A stretch of DNA of 64,000 nucleotides from Gnetum montanum (taxonomy: Eukaryota; Plantae; Gnetophyta), in assembly GCA_015680685.1 (NCBI GenBank), contig MNCI01000596.1:624612-688611 (forward strand). The letters run 5' to 3'. Both the position numbers and the translations under genes were made by a program. The notes under the pieces are model-generated. The model had not been told where the DNA came from. It made no database searches and saw only the letters and a program-made list of their open reading frames with translations. Positions 1 through 9,920 of this stretch are shown in pieces. Every line of letters begins with the position of its first letter. Position 1 is the first letter of the stretch.

Positions 1-1509
1 TTGGGCATTTGTGGGATGATAATCCCTTGTGTCATGGTAATCCAAAACGTATTCTGCGAACAGCTCATGCATACCAATCTGTACCAAGGCGCAGAAAAGC
101 ATGTTGGGAGCAGAGCGATCTGGGGGTAACACAATGTTACCTTGCATGTCTCTCCACCGCAGTTGCTCATCTTGATGGAAAACAAAGGTAAAATCCGGCA
201 CATACTCATCGGGATGAGTATATGTGACTTTGAATTGTTGAGGACATGGTTGATTTCGGTTATGCGTATGATCCTGACTTTCTCCTATATTGTCCTTAGG
301 TGAGTTGATTGCATGAGAAGAAGCCATTTCTAATGGTGTGTTAATTTTCCCCGTTATTTATGTTCTTAATTAACTGATTAACCCTAAGGTTCATTTTAAG
401 CTCACAACGATGTGAGTGATATCCCTTATGTTCAATTGGCGTGAAAACACTTAGTCCCCAGCAACGACGCCAATGATGAGTGGCGAGGTACCCCTACACT
501 CAACCATACGAATACGAGCGTGCACGCGCGATCCGGTCGAACTCCGCAGACTAAATGCCTTAACACTACAAGAAACGCTTGGGTTTAATAGTTCGTTGTC
601 TTCCCAGGCTTGCTTGTAAGTGTCACGGTGTATGGTTAAGCAAGTCTGAGGTATGTGATTTTTTTGGTTTATCTTCTAAGCTATGAGAGGAAAGGGTTGA
701 GAAACTAAGCTAACTCTAACTAGTGTCCTAGGTTTAAGTTAACTCGTGTCAGCATCCGTTCCCACTTATCGGAAACACCATGAACTATGCAACTGTGGCT
801 TACCAAACGCTAATCGTCACTAGGATCACCACATGTAACGCAAGTGCTCGAAGTGGTCGTACTGAGGCACCTATTTAGCTTAAGTGTGATAAGCAGCCGA
901 TTCCTTAGCTAGTCGTACACACCCGTGGGTGCTCGTAACTAAGTCGTACTTATCACACGTTCTAGCCTAGCAATGAGTAGCCAATTCCTTGACTAGCCGC
1001 ACACATTGGACTACCACTGGGATTACCAAGCACAGAATCCTGGAATACGCTACTGGGTTACCAAGTAGCCAATGCTCGTAATCAAGTCGTACTCATGCGT
1101 TGCGATAAGCAGCCGATTCCTTGACTAGTCGTACACGTCTGTAGACGCTCATAATCAAGTCGTACTTGTGTGCACTAGGAAAGTAGTAAATAAACAATAA
1201 TATATGAAACCACGTGCTACAAGGTTTATCCAATCAAGTTCGTCTTTATTGCCGTACACAACTTGGGTTCAGGTTACAAGCTGCTCGAATAAAGAGCCGT
1301 TCACTCCAGGACTCCTATTGCGGGCACATGGGAAAAATTCTAACTCTGGAGTGATCAATCTGCCAGAGCTTCACTACTTCTAGCCAGGATTGGGAAATGA
1401 AGGGAGTGCCACCTCTTATTTATAGATATGGCGGCAGACCGCGATATCGCGTATGCGATATCGTAGGGGAAGACGCGATATCGCGGCACATGCAGGTCAT
1501 GTCTCATCA
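1..1509 (-). mobile_element. 5' part of an Athila-type Ty3/gypsy element (element A): 5' LTR 474-1509, PBS 455-472, start of gag running off the window edge
   Basis: LTR bounded by TGATGAG (474) and CTCATCA (1509). Adjacent tccccagcaacgacgcca is the reverse complement of the tRNA-Asp PBS with 2 transitions. Bases 1-470 are the reverse-complement homologue of about 15445-15930. Confidence 0.92.
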
Positions 1510-4050
1510 TTTCCCATGTTGGCATTTTAAAGGATGTTCTTTATGTTCCTTCCTTCAAAGTTAATCTAATAGCTATTAGCAAGCTAGTGTGCCATATGAA
1601 TTGTAAAGTAACCTTCTCCTTTGATTGGTTTAGTATACAAGACCAGGCCTTGAGGAAGATGATTAGAGTAGGTAAAGAAGTGAATGACCTATACCTTCTT
1701 CATCCTTTTACCAAGGTTTCAAATAACACCCATAAAGATCCTTTTCATTCTATATATGTTGTTTCCTCATTTGATTTATGGCATAAATGATAGAAACATT
1801 TTATTAATTGTCACATATTTTATTAATTGAACTCCTACACTGATTTTATCTAATCAAATATCTCATGAAGTTATTTTCAATTGTAAACCTTCCTATTTTC
1901 ATCTTAGAGTTTTTGGATGTCTATGCTATGCTAGTATGCTTCTTGATAAAAGATCAAAATTTGATCCACAAGCTAAAAAATGTGTTTTCCTTGGTTATTC
2001 TTAAGCTCAAAAAGGATACAAGTTATATGACTTGCATATTAAAAAAATCATCATTAATAGGGATGTTGTATTTCATGAAAATATATGTCCATTTCAAATG
2101 GACTACTCACATATGCATTCATTGGTTTTGCCTTGTCTCGTCCCTAATAAACCTATTTCTCTCACTCCTCCATTACCTAAAGTTAAACATTCTTTAGAAA
2201 ATAATGTACCCACTACATCCATTGAACAACCATTAATGGTTGATAATGAACAAACCTACGATAATATGCCTCTATCACATTTTTGATTAAGACTATCCAC
2301 TCACATTCAACATACTTTGAGTTATCTCTAAGATTATGACTCTCAACCTGTTATTCATTCATCAATCACTCCATAATCTTCCTCATCGGCAAGGCCTACA
2401 ATAAGCATCGCTTATCTCATTTCATAATTAGTTTCATATAGAAAACTTTCACCACAACATCAAACCTATTTTGTAGCTATTTCATCTCATATAGTGTCAA
2501 GGAATTTTGCTCAAGTAAGTAAGGATCCAAAATGGCAGGAGGTAATGATAGCAAAGATTTGTCCATTGAAGTCCAATAGTACTTGGACACTTAGTTCTTT
2601 ACCTCATCATACAAGGGCTATTGGTTATAAGTGGATGTTCAAGATCAAATACAAACCTAATGGAATCATTGAGCACTACAAGGTTGGTCTTGTGACTAAG
2701 GAATATACTTAGAAAGAAGGTTTGGATTTTCATGAAACTTTTGCACTTGTCACGAAACTTACTATAGTTAGATGTCTTTTGGTAGTTCCAGCCATTTAAA
2801 ATTACCACCTTCACCAATTGGATGTTAATAATGCATTTCTTAATGATGATCTTAAAGAAGAGGTTTATGTGGCTCTTCCTCCTAGTTTTGATGTGCTAGG
2901 AGAAATGCATGTTTGATACCTTAACAAATCTCTATATGGGCTCAGGCAAGATTTGAGACAATGGTTTCAAAAGCTATCTTTTGCTCTCATTGATGTTGGC
3001 TACACTTAATTAAAGGTTGATCATTTCTCTTCATATGTACAATAGGGGCGTCTTTTACAGCAGTGTTAGTTTATTTAAATGATATCACTATTACTGGAAA
3101 TAATCTTATCTTCCTTGTAGTTCTCAAAAGGTTTCTTCATAGTCAATTTCAAGTCAAAGATTTGGAGCCACTCAAATATTTGTTTAGTATTGAAATTGCT
3201 CACTCTATTAAGGGTATTTATCTTTGACAAAGTTAATTTGTTTGAGATATTCTTAAAGATATAAGTTTTCTTGGTTCATGTCCTTCTTTATTTCCAATGA
3301 AGCAGAATTTAAAGCTTAACAGAATTGATGGACCTTTATTGGAGGATCCATCATTATATTGTCACCTTGTAGTAGGTCTCATCTACCTCACTATCACTCA
3401 TCCACACATTACATATTCAGTTCATACCTTAAATCAATTCTTAGATCAGCCTTGACAACCCCATCTTGATGCAGCTCATAGAATTATTAGATATCTAAAG
3501 AAAGTATTAGGTCAAAGAATTTTACTTTCTTTCTCATGTCCTCTTCAATTACATGCATATTGTGGTTCTGATTTAATTAGCTCCATTGATACTTGTAGAT
3601 TTATTATTAGGTATTGTACCTTTCTTGGAACTTCTTCACTTTCATAGAAATCAAAGAAACAATCCAGTGTCTTTCATTCCTTTGTTGAAGTAGAATATCA
3701 TGCCATGGCTAGTGCTTACTGTGAACTCACTTTTCTTTTCAATCCATTAAACGATCTATAAGTATTTCATCCTCAACTAGCAACTTTATTTTGTGACAAT
3801 AAGGCTACTCTACATATCGGTGCTAATCCAATCTTCCATAAACGAACCAAACACATTGAGATTGATGATCACATTTTTCATAAAAAGATTCAATTTCAAA
3901 TGGTTGAAACAACTTTTGTGTCCACTGCACATCAACTTGTTGATCTTTTCACAAAACCTCTTAGAGCTCTTTTGTTTCAATATTTACTTAGCTAGTTAGG
4001 TGTTTTCAATATCTATATGGGTTTGGTGGGGGGTGGTAGAGAGAGAGATG
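1510..4050 (+). mobile_element. Decayed Ty1/copia pol, interrupted at its 5' side by element A
   Basis: Translated remnants: ILKDVLYVPSFKVNLIAISKL, GAG-pre-integrase SFDLWHK, SH3-like [47 protein letters not shown] and RNase H RTKHIEID. Many stops; integrase core missing; purine-rich tract near 4021-4048. Confidence 0.9.
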
Positions 4051-4881
4051 GATATTTGTATAAATATATGCATTGTGTAAACTTGCAAATAGAGATATGC
4101 AATTACTTTTTTTTGGACATTTAATATTAATAAAATAAAATAAGATCATCAATCCTTAACTTCTTCGAAGAGCTACCCCAAGATCAAGCTCATGTTTCCA
4201 ACTTGAAAAACAAGTATCTTCTGATCACCCTAGCTAATGGTCGCTATGTAATATTAACCGAACATTTTTTCAATAATTATTATTATTATAAAAGTTGATC
4301 TCAACAAGCTACACCTATTCTATAAAATGATGGCCACGTGGATTACAAAATGTAGCCATTAGGTAACGAATAAATCATGGTCCATGACCACACTAAAGGC
4401 AAAGTGGCAAACAATAAGGTCAGGAAAAGCATTACGTTAAGCTCAAGCTTCACCTCCTTTCAAATCCATGCTCATGGGAAACCAAAACAAAACTGGGTTA
4501 GTTTTTGCTTGATGGATTATTGTCGTCCTCGGATTCCAAATACCGCTTCTCTTGGATTCTAAAAACGAGAGTAAATCTTAGGAACGAAAAGCTTCGCTTG
4601 TGATATAAGCAAGGTACAAATGCGCGGAATAGATAAAAGTAGCCAGCGCAGCAAGAAAGGGATAACGCATACTTTTCCATCATTTCCAATTTCGTTTTCT
4701 TTCCAGTTAAAGTATAACAAAATGGGTCAGCAATGGCATCTTTGATAAATCTAAAGCACTCTAATATTATTATTCTATGCTTGCCTGATCTTCTTGGAAT
4801 CCGTGCTTACCTGATCTTCTTGAAATCCGTGGTTGGCGTGCCTGCTGTGGCTGCAGTGGGAATGATGCAGCCGCACAAGAT

Positions 4882-5228
4882 ATGTCTTCTCCGTCCATAG
4901 ATTATGCACAGATGTTAAGTGATCAAAGTGAGGCGTTGAAGAGCGATGTGAGAACAGCCCTAAATGGGATTGGAAAGGCTCATTGGATTGCTGCTGGCTT
5001 AGTGGCTGTGGATTTTGTTCTTGGCAGATTCGATCTCATCTCTTCAAATAAGACAGAGTGTTTAGATCTGCTTGATGAGATGTGTCGCTTAGCAGAATAC
5101 CTTCAACTTTTGAAGCAAAGGAAGGAACAAAAATTTCAAATCCTGAGCATAATGGAGGATGCCCTGCACATGGTCGTTCAAGGATGTGCCCTATGCTTCT
5201 CCCAGGCAAAATCCTCCCCTTGGTACAG
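4882..5228 (+). CDS. NLR-like gene exon 1: N-terminal helical-bundle domain (MLKL/RPW8-like four-helix bundle, inferred)
   Basis: Open frame MSSPSIDY...GKAHWIAAGLVAVDFVLGRFDLISSNKTECLDLLDEMCRLAEYLQLL...SPWYR ending at donor AG|GTGAG (phase 2). Splices in frame to exon 2. Confidence 0.8.
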
Positions 5229-7022
5229 GTGAGCGACAATCTTGTGTCACTTTTTCCATTCTGGTTGCACGAATTTAGTTATTACTGGTAAATGAACTAT
5301 GATTTTTGACTCAATGTATGCTATGCATATCTATGTCAGATTTTTTTCAGGATCTGTACACAAGAGGTACTTGGAAGATCTCGGTCATGACCTTGAAAAA
5401 ACGTATAAACATTTGATGTTCCAAGTCATCATTAGGACTTATAATGCACAAGAACCAATTGAGATTCCTGGGATGGAATTTTACCCCAAACATGCAGGTA
5501 ATATGATCTGATTGAAACCTTGTTATGTAGTATGAGATTAATATGTAAATTTTAGTTTTTAAATTTAACTGGTCTAGACTTATCACAGTGACACCAGTGG
5601 AACAGTTGGAGTTGGAGAACCACAAGAATGTAGTGGTTGTTATTTTACATGGTTTTGGAGGTATTGGTAATACAGGTGAGGGATAATCTTGTGTCACTTT
5701 TAACATTCTAGTTAGACTAATTTAGTTATTACTAGTAAATGAGCTATGATTTTTGACTTTGTATTCTATGCATATCTATATCAGATTTTTTTCAGGATCT
5801 GTACACAAGAGGAAGTTGGAAAATCTCCGTCATGACCTTGAAAAAATGTATAAAAGTCATTATTAGGACTTATAATGCGCAAGAACCAATTGAGCTTCCT
5901 AGGATGGAGTTGTACCCAAAAGATGCAGGTAATATGATCTGATTGAAACCTTGTTATGTAGTATGGGATTAATATGTGAGTTTGAGTTTTTAAATTTAAC
6001 TGGTCTAGACTTATCGCAGTGATACCGGATGGAACGGTAGAAAAGATAGTAGAACAGTTGGAGTTGGGGAGCCACAAGAATGTAGTGGTTGTTATTTTAC
6101 ATGGTTTTGGAGGTATTGGTAATACAGGTGAGGGACAATCTTGTGCCACTTTTTCCATTCTAGTTGTTTTAGACTCATTGCGTTATTACTGGTCAATGAG
6201 CTATGATTTTTGATTCTATGTATTGTATACATATCTATATCAGATTTTTTTCAAGATCTGTACACAAGAGGCACTTGGAAGATCTCCATCATGACCCTGA
6301 AAAAATGTATAAAAGTCATCATTAGGACTTATAATGTGCAAGAACCAATTGAACTTCCTAGGATGGAATTTTACCCCAAAGACACAGGTAATATGATCTA
6401 ATCGAAACCATGTTATGTAGTATGAGATAATATGTAAATTTTAGTTTTTTAAATTTAAATGATCTAAACTTACCGGATGCAACGGTAGAAAAGATAGTAA
6501 AACAGTTGGAGTTGGAGAGCCACAAGAATGTAGTGGTTGTTATTTTACATGGTTTTGGAGGTATTGGTAATACAAGTGAGGGACAATCTTGTGTCACTTT
6601 TTCCATTCTGGTTTTTTAGACTAATTTAGTTGTTACTGGTAAATGAGCTATGATTTTTGACTCTATGTATTGTATGCATATCTATATCAGATTTTTTTCA
6701 GGATCTGTACACAAGAGGCACTTGGAAGATCTCCATATGACCTTGAAAAAAATGTATAAAAGTCATCATTAGGACTTATAATGTGCAAGAACCAATTGAG
6801 CTTCCTAGGCTGGAATTTTACCCCAAAGATGCAGGTAATATGATCTGATCGAAACCTTGTTATGTAGTATGAGATTAATATGTAAGTTTTAGTTTTTAAA
6901 TTTAACTGGTCTAGACTTCTCGCAGTGATACCAGATGGAACGGTAGAAAAGATAGTAGAACAGTTGGAGAGCCACAAGAATGTAGTGAATGTTATTTTAC
7001 ATGGTTTTGGAGGCATTGGTAA
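5224..7022 (+). repeat. Four tandem copies (about 450 bp) of intron1-exon2-intron2-start of exon3
   Basis: Units start at 5224, 5671, 6123 and 6571. The junction ggtattggtaa|taca(g/a)gtgag joins the P-loop codons to the exon-1 donor. Confidence 0.97.
5340..5497 (+). CDS. NLR-like gene exon 2 (end of helical domain and linker)
   Basis: CAG acceptor ending at 5339 and donor G|GTAAT at 5498. Reads RFFSGSVHKRYLEDLGHDLEKTYKHLMFQVIIRTYNAQEPIEIPGMEFYPKHA in frame with exon 1. Confidence 0.8.
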
Positions 7023-7158
7023 AACTACCATTGTGGATGCCGTGTATGCAAAAGTAGATGACATTTTTGAAATTCAAGTGAGACCTTCCACCAGCACAGA
7101 TGGTCAAGGAATTTATACATCATTATTTATCAGGCATTATTTATTAAGCATGATGAAG
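6926..7158 (+). CDS. NLR-like exon with the only intact NB-ARC P-loop; remainder of NB-ARC absent
   Basis: VIPDGTVEKIVEQLESHKNVVNVILHGFGGIGKTTIVDAVYAKV, with Walker A at 7003-7029. The 3' boundary (candidate GTAAC donor) is tentative. Confidence 0.7.
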
Positions 7159-7424
7159 GGTAACAGATTAAGGTTATTGCTTTTTTACCTAGTTCGGAAA
7201 TAATTCAATTCATTTAATGATAGCAATGAAAAACTTTTTTGTACATATTTTATTTATCACAATCACATGTTTATGAAACATTTGTAAGTTGTAATGGATA
7301 CCTTACTGAGGAATTGAACCAAACATTTCTATTTTCATCGTGGATATGTTGGGTGCTGTACACTTTTGAGGAAATAGCTAACGCTTTTGGCTGAAAAGAC
7401 TTCTTTCCCTTGTTCAACCCCAAA

Positions 7425-7546
7425 CCAAACTATCATTATAGGTTATCGAACATGGTTAAAAGATGAACTTATTATATAGTTATAACCAAACTATCGTTAT
7501 AGAATATCGAACATGGTTAAAAGATGAACTTATTATATAGTTATAA
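7425..7546. repeat. 61-bp intronic tandem duplication
   Basis: ccaaactatc...ttatatagttataa twice, with few mismatches. Confidence 0.93.
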
Positions 7547-8539
7547 GGTATTCATTGTAATTTGAATTCATCACCCTAAATATTTTAAGATATTTTGTGT
7601 TATATTTTAAAACATGTTGCTCGTAAGTATCAATAATCACCAAGAATCCAAGGAGTCATGAAAAACATAAGAATATGAAGCTTCAACCCAACTTTTGGTT
7701 ATTTTTCTTGATATAGATTGAAAAATCGGATTGGATCTGGAAATGGGCAATCTTTTTTATAAATCAGATTGGGAAAATCAGATATAGAAATTTTAGATTT
7801 TGGCTGGCATCCGAATTAGCAATATACAATATATCAAACTTACAAAATCAATTGAAAAAAACACTATTTCATTACATCAAATATCTGATCTGATTTTAAA
7901 ATCGTCAATGTTGTGATTAATGGCAGATTTCTCTCTTGATTCACGAGTGCTTACAAGTTTTAATTTTGTTGATAACATACAATTACTCTGACAGTTCTTT
8001 TAATTACACAATGCTATGTATTAATTACACAATGCTATGTGATGCAATTGCGCTGACAAATTTTGAAAATTGTTCTCTGGAGCAACCATTTTCAAGTATT
8101 TCAAAAATCTGAGTTTCTTTTTACCTGTTTCTTTGGCGGCGTGAAGCGTGCAGAAAAAAAGCTTTTGAAAAGTCAGGAGATTGCACCTTGTTATCATAAA
8201 ACCGTGTTTTTCATGTTTTTATTAAATTAGAGTTAAAATCTCAAATATTCTGATGAATTTCATTTGCTTAAGCTGTGGCAAGATACTTAGCAGGGCGTGA
8301 AGGGCATTTATATGTACGAAGAGACGGTAACTGAGGAGGTATTGACATTGCCAAGCTATAAACTGGACGTCCTCTCTTCTTCACTGCGAATTCTTTCCTT
8401 GGATTTTAAAAATAAACATGGCTATGCGTTCCAAAGCATGAAAGTAGAAGGCGAGTGCAAGGCGGCCTTCAGTAGCCTTAGAATCCCAGAACTTGGATTG
8501 AATGAAGAGAATGCAGTTATTGGCAACGTTGAGAATGAT

Positions 8540-8671
8540 CATGAAAGTTGTTTCATGTCTATAAGAGACTTCACTTTAAAATGGAGTTGTTTAAGGGAGA
8601 TACCGCATGAAAGTTGTTTCATGTCTATAAGAGACTTCACTTTAAAAGGGAGTTGTTTAAGGGAGATACCG
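8540..8671 (+). repeat. In-frame 66-bp tandem duplication of one LRR unit
   Basis: HESCFMSIRDFTLK(W/G)SCLREIP twice, with one mismatch. Confidence 0.97.
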
Positions 8672-8704
8672 CATTGCCTTTTGTCCAACATGAAATCCCT
8701 CGTA

Positions 8705-9920
8705 GTAGAGACCCCCATAAATGGGGCTTCCCATGTCTGGTACATGAAGTAGGAATTGGTAATTATTCCAAGGATCATACTAGAAGTTGGTATTAGAGCA
8801 TTGGATTGGAGCATTTGAGCATTACATTCTACTTGTTTGATGCTATTGATAATTTGATACTACCTAGACTTGAGGGATTATGTTCAATTTTCCTTATAAT
8901 TATGTGCATTGTGATAGATTTGTAAAGTTTGTAATTGAATCTTCTTGTTATTGTTTGGGAAACATCACTTCCAAGAAGAAATTAGTTTAGACTTTAACCA
9001 AAGCCATGGAAGAATTTAGAGGTACCCTTAAGATGATTTTTGATAGATTAGAATAATTGAATATCAAGTATGATGCTTGTGTAGGTCTATCTAGGAGAGG
9101 AGATGGTGTTGAACATTCATTTGGCGATGAAGAAGAAGAATATAAAGATGTAAGAGGATATGATGTGGAGGTTGTTTATTTAATACATGAAAGTGCTAAA
9201 ATCCATGCTCTAACGATTCAAAAAGTGAGACATCCTAGTTCTCATGCTAGATCTTAAAGGGCTCCATCAGTTCATTCATCAAGATCAAGTTTATCAAAAT
9301 GTTTAGATGATGAGGATGAAGCAAGACTTGCTAGGGAATTCACAAGATCAAGTTTATCAAAATGTTTAGATGATGAGGATGAAGCAAGACTTGCTAGGGA
9401 ATTCACAAATGCATTGAGGCTCCCATACATGGAATTGATGTCTTTCAATGACATTGATGGCTTTCATGAATTTGAGATATGGTTAAAGACTTTGAATTGC
9501 ATAATATGCTAGTTCATCTTATGATACTCATTGTTGAATCAAAACTTGAAGGAATGACTTCTATTTGATGGAAGAAGGAATCTAAAGCCTTCTACATGTA
9601 AAACAAAGTCCATGGAATTAAGGGGATGGCTAGTCATGCAATACATATTAAGGTAGAAATATGAGCAATCTAGGCAAAGGTAAGAAACTATTATCAAGCT
9701 AAAACACCTTAGGCAAGACGAGAAGGATGTGAAGAAATTTTATCTTGTGTTTTGCTAACTGTTTCATTTGGTTCAATTGGTGGATTGAAATGATCATAGT
9801 AGAATTTCATATTTCTCGATGGATTGAAGCTATAATATTATTAGAAGTTGATCTTTTATGAACTTCAAATCCTAGATGAGACTTATGAATTGACCAGTAA
9901 AGCTAAAAACTTAGTGGCTA
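8705..9920 (+). mobile_element. Decayed LTR-retrotransposon fragment (Met-tRNA PBS plus gag remnant)
   Basis: TGGTATTAGAGC at 8788-8799 (one transition from the tRNA-iMet PBS). Downstream gag-like text FEIWLK..KLEG..LRQDEKDV. Contains an exact 63-bp tandem duplication at 9280-9405. Confidence 0.7.

Noticed and set aside
749-1169. CRISPR-like repeat-spacer array or known hairpin-ribozyme loops
   Set aside because: Eukaryotic LTR context, no cas genes, and the repeats are covarying hairpins. Hairpin-ribozyme loop A/B consensus was not matched by eye.
5347-7064. Repeated minus-strand ORFs of 82-125 aa
   Set aside because: Antisense shadows of the duplicated NLR cassette; splice signals and motifs support the plus strand.
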